From positions 1 through 35,998 of IMG/VR virus record IMGVR_UViG_3300005332_000003: DNA of 35,998 bases. The stretch is one strand, 5' to 3'. Shown here piece by piece: positions 16,632 to 25,976 of the stretch (its first letter is position 1; each line of letters begins with the position of its first letter). The notes under the pieces are model-generated. The model was not told the DNA's origin and made no database searches. It worked only from the letters and a program-made list of their open reading frames with translations. The DNA comes from a virus (Duplodnaviria > Caudoviricetes). Both the position numbers and the translations under genes were made by a program.

Positions 16632-17132
16632 ATGTCGACCAAGATCGACGCAAACCGCCGGGCCGACAGGCGCAAGTCGCCATCGGTCGGCTCGCTCACC
16701 AGCCGGGTGACGGTCTGCACCACGCTGGAACGGCCCGATGGCGACGTCTCCACGCTGGTTGATCGGCCGGGCGTGATCCAGGTCCACGCGAGCGTGCGCC
16801 CACTGCGCGGCGTTGAGGTGCTCAACTGGAAAGCGGTCACCGAGGTGTATTCGGGGCTCGGCGGCACGCGGGGCGCGGCGCCAACGCATGAGATCGTGAT
16901 CCGCGACCCACCGGACGTGAAGGTGGACCTCAATCACTGGGTCTTCTGCCGGGATCGCTATAGCGAGACTTGGTACAAGGTGCGGTTCGTGGAGGACATG
17001 GGCGGCGTCCACCGCTTCCTCACGCTGCTCTGCACCATCGAGACCGTGAAGGACCGGCGCAGCGATCCGGCGACGCAGCCGCTGCCGCCGACTTGGGAGA
17101 CACCGGACGAGCCGGTGGTCGACCGGGTATGA
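16632..17132 (+). CDS. head closure / head-tail joining protein (SPP1 gp16-like)
   Basis: VGSLTSRVTV...VHASVRPLRGVE...THEIVIR...YKVRFVED...RFLTLLC. Confidence 0.75.
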   Translation: MSTKIDANRRADRRKSPSVGSLTSRVTVCTTLERPDGDVSTLVDRPGVIQVHASVRPLRGVEVLNWKAVTEVYSGLGGTRGAAPTHEIVIRDPPDVKVDLNHWVFCRDRYSETWYKVRFVEDMGGVHRFLTLLCTIETVKDRRSDPATQPLPPTWETPDEPVVDRV

Positions 17133-17548
17133 GCACGGTCACGACGACAATCACGGTGAAGGTCAGCGGCAAGATCACCGCGAAGATCGACGACGCGATC
17201 ATCGCCGAGTGGATCGACGACCGCCTCAACGATGGCCGCAACGTGTTCGTGACCAGCGCCAGCCGCGGCGGTGGTGGCGGCCGGGTCTACGGCAAGCACC
17301 GGGCGTCGGCGCCGGGCGAATATCCGGCCACCGACTCAGGCCGGCTGGCCAACTCGGTCGACTCCGAAATGACGGGACCGCGCTCGGGTGCGCTGTTCTC
17401 CGCCGTCGAGTACGCCGGATTCCTGACAAGCGGAACCTCCAAGATGGCGCCGCGCAAGATGCTCGCCGACGCCCTCCACGAGGCGCTCAGTCAGCGGCCG
17501 GCGAGCGACGAGCTCGCCAAGGCGGCCACGTTCGAGGGAGGCACGTGA
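17129..17548 (+). CDS. neck/tail completion protein (HK97 gp10-like)
   Basis: HRASAPGEYPATDSGRLANS...VEYAGFL..GTSKMAPR. Confidence 0.8.
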   Translation: MSTVTTTITVKVSGKITAKIDDAIIAEWIDDRLNDGRNVFVTSASRGGGGGRVYGKHRASAPGEYPATDSGRLANSVDSEMTGPRSGALFSAVEYAGFLTSGTSKMAPRKMLADALHEALSQRPASDELAKAATFEGGT

Positions 17549-18306
17549 TGGCGAAGAACGGCAACGCCAACGGCGTGCAATCGCTGCATTCTGACCGTCG
17601 ACCAGGTGCCCTCACCCCAGGCGGCCCGCCGGTGGTCGAGAGCCTGTTCAACGTCGTCACGCGGCGGGTGCGCGCCGCCCGCACGCTGTTCGGCGAGAAC
17701 GTGAAGCTCGTGCTCCGCCAACTCGACACTGAGCATTGGAGTTTGCTGCAGGTGCCGTATTGCCTCGTGGTGCCGACGGTGACGCGGCCGGCGGCGCTCC
17801 GGCCGATGGACGCGGACTACGATTCGATCATCAACCCGCGGTCCATCACGTTCATCGCCCAACTGGACGGGCGCGGCAGTGAGGCCGAGCACCTTGCGGC
17901 CAACGACATCGAGCTTGCCGAGAGGCAATTGATCGACGCGCTGGTCAACTGGCGACCGTTCCCGTGGTACAAGCCGACGGCCTACGCCGGCATGAAGCTG
18001 GCGGCGACCCGCGCGCCAGACGTCAAGGTGTCGTTCGTGTTCCTGTTCTACGAGGAGATCGTCCTGCCCGAGGAGGAGATCGGCGTGGACGACTTGGCGG
18101 TGCTCGACGGCATCACGGTCCACGTCAACGATCCCTGCTGCACGTGCCCGCCACCGGAACCGGAGTGTGTGCCGGCACCGAACATCTATGTTACAGGAGG
18201 CGGGTGCCCGGTCGCCGACCCGTGTTGTGCGCCCGAGCCATGCGTCTCGCCGCTAGAGGCAACGCGAGGAGGTCAGGATGACGACGTTCCAGCAGGCACG
18301 GGTTGA
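17548..18306 (+). CDS. tail terminator (Mu gp37-like) with Cys/Pro-rich C-terminal extension
   Basis: Position before sheath; LIDALVNWRP pattern; C-terminus DPCCTCPPPEPECVP...GCPVADPCCAPEPC. Confidence 0.65.
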   Translation: MAKNGNANGVQSLHSDRRPGALTPGGPPVVESLFNVVTRRVRAARTLFGENVKLVLRQLDTEHWSLLQVPYCLVVPTVTRPAALRPMDADYDSIINPRSITFIAQLDGRGSEAEHLAANDIELAERQLIDALVNWRPFPWYKPTAYAGMKLAATRAPDVKVSFVFLFYEEIVLPEEEIGVDDLAVLDGITVHVNDPCCTCPPPEPECVPAPNIYVTGGGCPVADPCCAPEPCVSPLEATRGGQDDDVPAGTG

Positions 18307-18544
18307 GACGAGGCCGCGCGCGAGCGCGCCGGTACTGCCGACGCGGTACATGACCGTGAAGGCGAAGGGCGAGGCGGTGGTGTATGCCGCCGACGGCGTG
18401 CCGATCCCAAACGACCGCTTCGTCAGCGTTCCCGTCAGCGCCGGCACCGTCCAGGCGGTGAAGTACGGCGACCTCGAGGAGGCCGAAGCCGTGCCGGCCG
18501 AGCAGCATCAGAAGCGGCACCACCGTCGCCACGACGCCGAGTGA
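18278..18544 (+). CDS. small pre-sheath protein (Mu gp38/DUF2635-like position)
   Basis: MTVKAKG...G.PIP...VPV....AVKYGDLEE; GGAGG RBS; immediately before sheath. Confidence 0.6.
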   Translation: MTTFQQARVETRPRASAPVLPTRYMTVKAKGEAVVYAADGVPIPNDRFVSVPVSAGTVQAVKYGDLEEAEAVPAEQHQKRHHRRHDAE

Positions 18545-18565
18545 CGCCGCGGCGGCGGCCGCGAC

Positions 18566-18579
18566 GTTTCACGTGAAAC
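18566..18579. promoter_or_regulatory. parS: parS centromere-like palindrome
   Basis: Perfect GTTTCACGTGAAAC, the 14-bp core of the bacterial chromosomal parS consensus TGTTTCACGTGAAACA; intergenic. Confidence 0.75.
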
Positions 18580-18588
18580 CTGATCCGG

Positions 18589-18622
18589 TAGACGCAATCC
18601 ACCTGAAGCGGTAATGTGCGCC
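18589..18622 (+). promoter_or_regulatory. putative tail-sheath operon promoter
   Basis: TAGACG-N17-TAATGT followed by GCGCC. Confidence 0.5.
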
Positions 18623-18660
18623 TCGCCGACGCAAACCCTCGGCGTCGGGGGGAGAGCGTC

Positions 18661-20202
18661 ATGGCGCAAAACGGAATCTCTATCCCGGCCGCTCGCGGCA
18701 ACTTCCTCACGTGGTGCATCAGCGGCTACTTGCCCCTGCAGGGGCTGTGCCGACCTCTGTTCATCGCACAGCAACTCGACGGCGCCGACGGCGTGCCGGG
18801 CGAGTACTACGTCCTCTACTCGGCCAACGAGGCGCGGGCGATGTTCGGCTCGGGCTCGGTCCTGGCGCTGATGGCGAAGCAGCACTTCGACTGCTGTCCC
18901 GAGCTCCCGCTGTACGCCGCGCCGCTGGCTGATCCATCGTCGGGCGCCGCGGCCGCGGTCAACACGATCACGATCACCGGGCCGGCGACGGACAGTGGCG
19001 CGCTCTCCGTCGCCATCCTCGACGAGATGTTTGCGGTCGGCGTGATCACCGGCGGCACCGCCGACAGCATCGCCACCGCACTCGCGGCCGAGCTCAATAA
19101 GAGCGTCGACCTGCCGTTCACGGTCACCGTCGCCACCAACGTCATCACGCTCACGGCGAAGAACAAAGGTCCCGCCGGTTCGTGGTTCAGCCCGATCTGG
19201 AACCCGAGCTTCGGCGACGCCTTCCCGGCCGGCGTGTCGGTCGCGACCGCTCAGACCACGCCGGGGACGGGCGTGGTCGATGCCGACCCGGCGATCCCGG
19301 CGATGAACTGCCCGTGGGACTGCATCGCGCTTGGCACCGAGGACGAGATCGCCGTCGACACCTTCGTCCAGTTGGTGCGGCAGAACTGGCGCTGCGGCGT
19401 CCAGGGCGATTTCAAGGACGGCCACCTGTTCCACAGCCGCACCGACACTGCCGGGCTGATCGCCGCCTACGGCCGCGACCGCAACAACCCGGAGGAGTGC
19501 GTTGTCCCGGTGCGCACCGGCTACAAGTATCCCGGCTACGTGATGGCGGCGGCGTTCACGTCGCGCGTCTGCTGCTCGGCGTGCGTCGATCCCTCGCGAC
19601 CGATCCAGTACGACAACGGCGTGCTGTGCAACCTGTACGATTCGGCCGAGTGCTCCAGCCTGTGGACACCGGAGGAGAAGCGAGCGTTCTATGACGCCGG
19701 CATCGCCAACTGGGACGTCGCCAACGCGCGCGGCGTTCGCCAGACGCAGTTGTGGATCGAGGAGCCGCTCACGACGTACAAGTACAACCCTACGACTGGC
19801 GCGCCCGACGGCGCATGGCAGCGGGTCGAGAACCGCTACACCACGGCGCGCTTCATCCGTGACCTGGGCACGTGGTATCGCGCCAACTACTCGTCGGTGG
19901 CACTGGTCAACGACGGCACCCGCATCCCGCAGGGCAAGCGCGCGGTGTCGCCGCGCATCCTGCAGGCGTCCATCCTGGCTTGGCTGCGTACGACGCAACT
20001 CGGCTTCACCGCCGAGGCCACCAGCGGCCAGCTTGAGCGGATGGTCCAGGTCGAGCGCACCAACACGCCGCAAAACTGCGACCCGAACCGCGTCAACGTG
20101 CTGATTGACCTGGACCTAGTCAACCAACTCGCTCGCATCGCAACCAGCGTGTCCGTGTCGCCGGAGTTTGCGTGTATTCCGCCGACCGCCATCGCCGCCT
20201 GA
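18661..20202 (+). CDS. tail sheath protein (Mu gpL-like)
   Basis: EARAMFGSGSVLALM, AVNTITITGPATDSG, LPFTVTV..NVITLTAKNKG, TTYKYN..GAPD, DPNRVNVL..DLVNQL; GGAGAG RBS. Confidence 0.9.
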   Translation: MAQNGISIPAARGNFLTWCISGYLPLQGLCRPLFIAQQLDGADGVPGEYYVLYSANEARAMFGSGSVLALMAKQHFDCCPELPLYAAPLADPSSGAAAAVNTITITGPATDSGALSVAILDEMFAVGVITGGTADSIATALAAELNKSVDLPFTVTVATNVITLTAKNKGPAGSWFSPIWNPSFGDAFPAGVSVATAQTTPGTGVVDADPAIPAMNCPWDCIALGTEDEIAVDTFVQLVRQNWRCGVQGDFKDGHLFHSRTDTAGLIAAYGRDRNNPEECVVPVRTGYKYPGYVMAAAFTSRVCCSACVDPSRPIQYDNGVLCNLYDSAECSSLWTPEEKRAFYDAGIANWDVANARGVRQTQLWIEEPLTTYKYNPTTGAPDGAWQRVENRYTTARFIRDLGTWYRANYSSVALVNDGTRIPQGKRAVSPRILQASILAWLRTTQLGFTAEATSGQLERMVQVERTNTPQNCDPNRVNVLIDLDLVNQLARIATSVSVSPEFACIPPTAIAA

Positions 20203-20214
20203 TAGGGGAGCCAC

Positions 20215-20589
20215 ATGGCGACGTGCATCAAGTGCAAGGGCGTTTTGAACTTCGTCATCCAGGGGCGCACGATCCGGCTGCAGTCGGACGGCGATGTCAC
20301 CGTGCTCGTCTCGCAGGAGAAACGCACGGAGACCTACGACGGCGAGTTCACCCGCGAGGACCGCAACCCGAAGATCATCGCCACGGTCGTCGTGCCCATC
20401 GACATGTACGTGCGGTACTTCCAGGAAATCTGCAACGTGCCGGTCGTGCTGGAGCTCTGCGACGGCCGCACGTTCTCGGCCGAGCACGCGAGCAACATCA
20501 GCGAGGAGCCCTACGACACCAAGAAGAACCTCCAGCCCCTCGAACTGATTACCGACGAGATTGTGGAGCTACTGCCGCAGGCGGCGTAA
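20215..20589 (+). CDS. tail tube protein (Mu gpM-like)
   Basis: 124 aa directly after sheath; VVLELCDGRTF pattern. Confidence 0.75.
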   Translation: MATCIKCKGVLNFVIQGRTIRLQSDGDVTVLVSQEKRTETYDGEFTREDRNPKIIATVVVPIDMYVRYFQEICNVPVVLELCDGRTFSAEHASNISEEPYDTKKNLQPLELITDEIVELLPQAA

Positions 20590-20604
20590 GGGTGAGGCCA
20601 CAAC

Positions 20605-21222
20605 ATGGCGCAGGAATACGCTCGCCTGGAACTGCTGCAGGAGATCACCACCACCACCGGCGCGGCCAGCAGAGAGATCGTCATCTATCGCCCGACCTGC
20701 CGCGCCATGACCGAGGTCGTGGATGCGGTCGGCACCGCCATCCAGGTGCAGCGGTTCGTGTCGGCGTGCTGCCGGGCTATCAACGGTTCAGCCGAGCCGC
20801 TGGAGTTCAAGGGCGATCAACTGTCCGCGGCCGATGGCGCCGAGCTCGCGTCGGTTCTCAACGCCATGTCGGACGAGGTCGATGCCATCGTCATCGACGA
20901 GAACGGCGACGGTGTGAACGAGCCGATCACGTACACGCTGATGCATCCGATCAAGGTGAGACCGGACGACGCCGACACCATCACGCAAATTCAGTTCATG
21001 GCGCGGCGCATCGGCGAGGTGTCGGAGTTTCTCGATGCCAAGGGCGAGACGCACGAGTTCCACGCCTTCATGCGCGCGTTCGGTACGCTGCTCGGCACCA
21101 AGCTGCCGATGAACGACGCGGTCATCAACGCGCTCGACTTCGCCGACTACCTGTGCATTCGGAGACGCATCATGGGAAAGCTCGTGAGGTCGCGCGGGAG
21201 GTGGAAAAGAACGTCCACCTGA
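20605..21222 (+). CDS. tail assembly chaperone
   Basis: Between tube and tape measure; two apparent TAC-like halves (L.QEIT...EIVIYRPT and LMHPI...TQIQF...ALDFADY). Confidence 0.75.
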   Translation: MAQEYARLELLQEITTTTGAASREIVIYRPTCRAMTEVVDAVGTAIQVQRFVSACCRAINGSAEPLEFKGDQLSAADGAELASVLNAMSDEVDAIVIDENGDGVNEPITYTLMHPIKVRPDDADTITQIQFMARRIGEVSEFLDAKGETHEFHAFMRAFGTLLGTKLPMNDAVINALDFADYLCIRRRIMGKLVRSRGRWKRTST

Positions 21223-21359
21223 TCGCGACGCACCTCCGCTGGCCGCCGGGGTCGTGGGACCACCTGAGCATCCGTCGCGCGTCACGTATCTTCGAGGCGG
21301 TGGCCGAGTACAACAAGGACCACGCCACCACGCTCTCCCTTGAGGACCTGAGCGAGTAG
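21174..21359 (+). other. programmed -1 frameshift site and extension of the tail chaperone (G-T type product 20605..21359)
   Basis: In-frame G GGA AAG slippery heptamer at 21174-21180; the -1 frame stays open to 21359 and encodes LIATHLRWPPGSWDHLS. Confidence 0.85.
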
Positions 21360-21363
21360 TCCG

Positions 21364-23550
21364 ATGGCCGAAGTTACGTCGCGAGCCATACTGGAAGTCG
21401 ACGTCAAGGGCGAGGACAAGGTCAAATCGCTCAACAAGGCGTTCGATAACCTGCAGAAGGGCGGCGGCACAAAGGCGTTTTCGCTCGGCGACAGCCCGAA
21501 GAACCTCTCCAAGTTCATCGCAGAGACGAAGCGCACGCCGGAGCAGTTCAAGGAACTGATCGCCGACGCGCAGGCGCGCGGCAAGCCGCAACTCGCTGCC
21601 GCCCTCCAGAAGCAGATGGAGGCGGCGAACGAGAACGTCGGACAGTCGGTCAGCAAGATCGGCGAGACGATCAGCAGCGGCGCGAAGGGATGGGGCGCGT
21701 CGATCACGAACGCGATGCAGCAGACGGGCGCGACCGTGAGCCGGTGGGGCGCGAACTTCGCGTCCGGGCTCGCGCGGGTCGGCTCGACAATTGGCACCAC
21801 CGTGCACGGGTGGGCGAGCTCCGTCGCCGGGCTTGTCGGGCGCGGCCTCACTGCTGGCCGTGGTCTCATGGGCGGCATCGCGTCACGGTTTGCCGACTGG
21901 AGGACCAGCTTCGCCGGGAAGGTGACGGACAAGGCGTCGGAGGTGCTCGGCCTCACCGGCCGGTTCGCAAGTGCGCTCGGCACCATCGGGACCTATGCCG
22001 CACGCGGCACGGTCGGACTCGCGGCGTTCGCCGCCGGGCTCAGGTCGCTGATGTTCGCCTTCAGCGCCATCGGGGACGCGCCGGAGGCGGCGAAGAAGGC
22101 GGCCGAGGCAAACATCAAGGACTACACGCACGGTCTGGAGTTGGAGAGCAAGAACCTCACCAAGTCGGCGGAGCGCACCAAGGCCGGCACGATCCTGATG
22201 GGCGACAGCTTCTCCGACCTGGAGACGAGCATACACGGCACGCTCAAGGACATCCGCTCGGGCGAGGCCAAGGACGACGTCGCCGAAGCCGCCGGGCGTT
22301 GGGACGTCACGAGGAAGCGGCTGAAAAAGAACATGACCGACCCGCTGGAGATGCTCCAGCGGTTCACAGCCAAGCGCGAGGAGCTCGACTGGAAAGCGGT
22401 CGCCGGCACGCCCAAGGCGAAGGCGAAGGCGGAGCAGCAACGCAAGCAGTTGCTGTCCGACGCGGAAAAGATATTCGGCAAGGACTTCGCGGCCGCGGTC
22501 AGGTCGGGGAGCACCGAACTGTTCAAGGAGGCGAAGGAACGCGCCGCCCGCGTCCAGGCGATCGAGGGCGAGGTCAACAAGCAGCGTTACGAGCAGGCGG
22601 TCCGCCTGCAGATGGCCGAGCGCGAGCGCATGGCGACCGAGTCGGCGCTGCAAAAGCGGTTCGGCGATCAGGTCACGGAGAGCCAGCGACGCCTCTCCGA
22701 CGCGCGCACGCGCTACGCGCAGACGGTCGGGCCGGCCGAGGCCGACCTCAAAGCTGCGGTCTCCAACTTCTGGACCAAGTTCCAGACCGGGTGGACCAGC
22801 GCCATGACCGCCGGTCCGCTGGCGAACATCCAGTCGGCGATGGCGGCTGCCATCAACAAGATCAACACCGAGGCGCTCGGCCAAAAGCTCGGCGAGGTGG
22901 CAAACAAGATCGAGGAGTTCGTGCTCGGCCTCGACGAGAAGGGCAAGCCGAAAAAGGGGCTCAAGGACTTCATCGAGGAGACGGCCGTTCCCCCGTGGTT
23001 CCGCGAGGGCGCGCCGAAGATACCGGGGTTCCAGTTCACTAAGGATACGTTCTTTCCCAAGGACCTCCCGATGATCGAGGTGCCGTGGACGCTCGGCAAG
23101 TTCCTCGGCCTCAAAGGCGTGTGGGAGGGCGTGGGCAAGTTCCCGGGGATCGACATCAGCGGCATGCCGGGGCTCAAGCCAGGAGTCCAGCAGGCCGCCG
23201 AGACCGGCCAAGTCAGCCAGATAGGGGCGGCGGCGGGGCGGGAGTTCAACACCACGGCGAACCTGTCGCCGCAGGCGATGAACGCGCAAAAGATCATCAA
23301 CGAGGTCAGTTGGGCGCAAGCCGCCGGCTCCGCCAAGACGACCATCGAGGGCGTCAGTTGGACCAACGCCGCGCAGAACGCAGTGTCGACGATGACGGCC
23401 GGGGCATCGTCCATCGGCTCGGCAATCGGCAGCGCCTTCGTCTCGGCAGCCCGCGCGGGCATTGGCAGGCTGTCGATCCCCGTGGTGGGCGGCGGCGGTG
23501 GCGGTGGGGGCGGCGGCAAGCCGTCGACTGATCGTGACGAGGCAGACTGA
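21364..23550 (+). CDS. tape measure protein
   Basis: 728 aa, Ala/Gly/Lys-rich helical composition, after chaperone. Confidence 0.85.
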   Translation: MAEVTSRAILEVDVKGEDKVKSLNKAFDNLQKGGGTKAFSLGDSPKNLSKFIAETKRTPEQFKELIADAQARGKPQLAAALQKQMEAANENVGQSVSKIGETISSGAKGWGASITNAMQQTGATVSRWGANFASGLARVGSTIGTTVHGWASSVAGLVGRGLTAGRGLMGGIASRFADWRTSFAGKVTDKASEVLGLTGRFASALGTIGTYAARGTVGLAAFAAGLRSLMFAFSAIGDAPEAAKKAAEANIKDYTHGLELESKNLTKSAERTKAGTILMGDSFSDLETSIHGTLKDIRSGEAKDDVAEAAGRWDVTRKRLKKNMTDPLEMLQRFTAKREELDWKAVAGTPKAKAKAEQQRKQLLSDAEKIFGKDFAAAVRSGSTELFKEAKERAARVQAIEGEVNKQRYEQAVRLQMAERERMATESALQKRFGDQVTESQRRLSDARTRYAQTVGPAEADLKAAVSNFWTKFQTGWTSAMTAGPLANIQSAMAAAINKINTEALGQKLGEVANKIEEFVLGLDEKGKPKKGLKDFIEETAVPPWFREGAPKIPGFQFTKDTFFPKDLPMIEVPWTLGKFLGLKGVWEGVGKFPGIDISGMPGLKPGVQQAAETGQVSQIGAAAGREFNTTANLSPQAMNAQKIINEVSWAQAAGSAKTTIEGVSWTNAAQNAVSTMTAGASSIGSAIGSAFVSAARAGIGRLSIPVVGGGGGGGGGGKPSTDRDEAD

Positions 23551-24773
23551 TGGCAGCCGATTGCAACAATCCCGTATATCGCTCGGCGTCGTGGAAGGGC
23601 GTCGCGTTCCACGTGGAGAGCAGCGACGATGACTTTGGCCGGCGCGGCGATCTGTACGAGTACCCGTTGTCGAACGACGTCGGATACAAGGACCTCGGGC
23701 GCAAGGCGCGCAAGTTCAAAGTCGACGGCTACCTGATCGGCGGCGACCAGGTTGCGCAGACCGTGAGAATGGCGGCGGCGGCTGAGTCGCCCGAGCCCGG
23801 CATGCTCATTCACCCGATGTTCGGGCCGCAGCTGGTCGCGTGCGTCAAGCTCACCACGTCGGCGCAGTACCGAAAAGAGAAGCGCCGCACCAAGCTGTCC
23901 TTCGAGTTCGTTGAGGCTAACCCGTCGATGGCGCCGTTCCTGGTCGGGGCGGCGATTTCGATGCTGTTCTCCCTCGGATCAAACACGGTCACCGCGTCGA
24001 AGCAGAACGCGACGTGGGCACCCACCACTGCGGTGACGGCCACCACGCGCGACATCTCAAACAACCTCGCCGCCCAGGTTGCGCCGGCCGTCGATGAGAC
24101 GTCCTACGATGCTATTTCGGAACTGCAGCGCGGCGATCCGGTCACCGTGTTTCCGACGGTCGAGGCGGTCGCTGTACAGCAGCAGCAACCCGGCGCGCCG
24201 CGGGCGGTCGTCGTGCCGACGGCGGTGGTGCTGCCGCTGCCCTATCCTACGTTCTCGGACGCGATCGACCCGATTGACAACGGCACCGCCACGGTGCGGC
24301 GCATCCACGTCGACGCGCTGGCGCGGTTGCGCGAGTTCAACGGCTACGTCGTGGACCGCAGCGATGGCACGCCGAGCGTCGAGTCGCTGATCCTGTCGAC
24401 CCGGCTGGCGATGATCCGCGACTATGCGCTCACCGCCGCGCAGACCACGTACAAGACCGTGCGCGATGCCGTGGCCGACCTCGACTTCGTGATGGCGGTC
24501 TACGACGACGAGGAGCGGGCAGCGGCCGACCGCTGCGACGACGTGCTGGTCTCGGCGATCCGATCAGCCCGCGCGGAGGCGGCGCGCACGATCCTGTCGC
24601 AGAACATCCGGCTGCCGGGCGTGGTCGAATCCAGCGCCGACGGCGTGTGGCCGTCGGTCGTGGTGGCGCACAAGCTCTACGGCGACGGGACGCGGTATGG
24701 CGACGTCGAGTCCTACAACCCGTCGATGCCGCCGTTCTTCATCGGGCGCGACGTGGTCGCGCCATCGGTATGA
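23550..24773 (+). CDS. DNA circularization / tail protein (Mu gpN-like)
   Basis: YRSASWKGVAFHV...GRRGDLYEYP...DLGRKAR, PGMLIHPMFG, PSVVVAHKLYGD. Confidence 0.9.
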   Translation: MAADCNNPVYRSASWKGVAFHVESSDDDFGRRGDLYEYPLSNDVGYKDLGRKARKFKVDGYLIGGDQVAQTVRMAAAAESPEPGMLIHPMFGPQLVACVKLTTSAQYRKEKRRTKLSFEFVEANPSMAPFLVGAAISMLFSLGSNTVTASKQNATWAPTTAVTATTRDISNNLAAQVAPAVDETSYDAISELQRGDPVTVFPTVEAVAVQQQQPGAPRAVVVPTAVVLPLPYPTFSDAIDPIDNGTATVRRIHVDALARLREFNGYVVDRSDGTPSVESLILSTRLAMIRDYALTAAQTTYKTVRDAVADLDFVMAVYDDEERAAADRCDDVLVSAIRSARAEAARTILSQNIRLPGVVESSADGVWPSVVVAHKLYGDGTRYGDVESYNPSMPPFFIGRDVVAPSV

Positions 24774-24779
24774 GGCGCC

Positions 24780-25976
24780 ATGGCAAACGAGGCATTCGGC
24801 ACCGCCTACGTGGAGATTGGCGGCCAGCGTTACGACCGCTTCCTCACGCTGTCGCTCACACGCGCGAAGCAGGAGGCGACCTGCAGCGGCACCATCGTGC
24901 TTTCCTGGCCGGGCGCCGAGCAGTTCAACGCACAGAACCCGCCGGCGCAGGCGCTCGTCGACGGCGCCAAGGGCAGCATGTACCTCGACGGCCAACTGGC
25001 AGCGACGTTCCGCATCGACAGCCGCACGTCGAACGGTTCGCCCGATAACTTCAAACTCGACCTGTCGTTCCGCGGCCTCGCGGGCGCGCTGGTCGACTCG
25101 CACGCCGACCACGAGAGCGGGCAGGAGAACAAGAAAAAACCGGCCGACATCTGCAAGAAGCTGATGGAGGGCTACGAGCCCAAACTGATCGACAAGTCGA
25201 ACTTCGACCGCAAGCTGGAGCGGTTCATCATCGACGAGGGCGAGTCGGTGACGCGCGCCATGCGCCGCGCCACGCGCGAGTTCGGCTTGACGTTCTCCGA
25301 GAACGAGCAAGGCGACGTGGTGCTGCAGAAGAAAGGCACCGACGAGGGCAGCGGGCAGGCGCTCGTGCTCGGGCGCAACTTCGTCGAATGGGCGGTGAAG
25401 CGCGACATCTCTCCGCGGGCGTCGAAGGTCAAGACTAAGGGCAACGCCGTGCCCACCGACGAGAAGTACGGCAAGGACGCGGAGGAGATGGCCGGCGAGG
25501 CCATCGACAACTATGTCAAATACAAGCGGCTGATGCGCGTGTTGATTGACAGCGACCACGATAAAGAGACGTTGAAGAAGCGCGCCGTCAGCGAGGCGCG
25601 CCGGCGCAAGGCGCAAGGGCTCAACGTCGAGCTCACCATGTCCACGTGGAGCGACGACGGTGGCCAACTGTGGAAGGTCGGCCGCATGCACCACGTCGTA
25701 ATTCCCGTCGACCAGGTTGACGATGACCTGCAAATTTCTCAGGTGGTGTTCAACCTGACCGAGAACCAACGCCGCGCGCGCGTCACGCTCGTGCCCAAGG
25801 ACTCGTTCGGCGATGAGGAGGGCGGCGAGGACGGCAAGGACGGCAAGGGCAAGGACAGCGGCGAGGCGGCGGCCGGAAAGGACAGCAAGGGTGCCAAGGG
25901 CGGTGGTGGCGGCAGCGGCGACAGCGTGTTCTCCGATTCGATCACCGGCGCAATCGGCGAGGGGACACCGCAGTGA
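24780..25976 (+). CDS. baseplate hub protein (Mu gp44/gpP-like)
   Basis: GRxxxxxLVD-like [26 protein letters not shown]; position. Confidence 0.8.
   Translation: MANEAFGTAYVEIGGQRYDRFLTLSLTRAKQEATCSGTIVLSWPGAEQFNAQNPPAQALVDGAKGSMYLDGQLAATFRIDSRTSNGSPDNFKLDLSFRGLAGALVDSHADHESGQENKKKPADICKKLMEGYEPKLIDKSNFDRKLERFIIDEGESVTRAMRRATREFGLTFSENEQGDVVLQKKGTDEGSGQALVLGRNFVEWAVKRDISPRASKVKTKGNAVPTDEKYGKDAEEMAGEAIDNYVKYKRLMRVLIDSDHDKETLKKRAVSEARRRKAQGLNVELTMSTWSDDGGQLWKVGRMHHVVIPVDQVDDDLQISQVVFNLTENQRRARVTLVPKDSFGDEEGGEDGKDGKGKDSGEAAAGKDSKGAKGGGGGSGDSVFSDSITGAIGEGTPQ

Noticed and set aside
23606-23619. Second parS-like sequence GTTCCACGTGGAGA
   Set aside because: Imperfect palindrome inside a conserved coding motif (AFHVE) of the gpN-like gene; explained by protein constraint.
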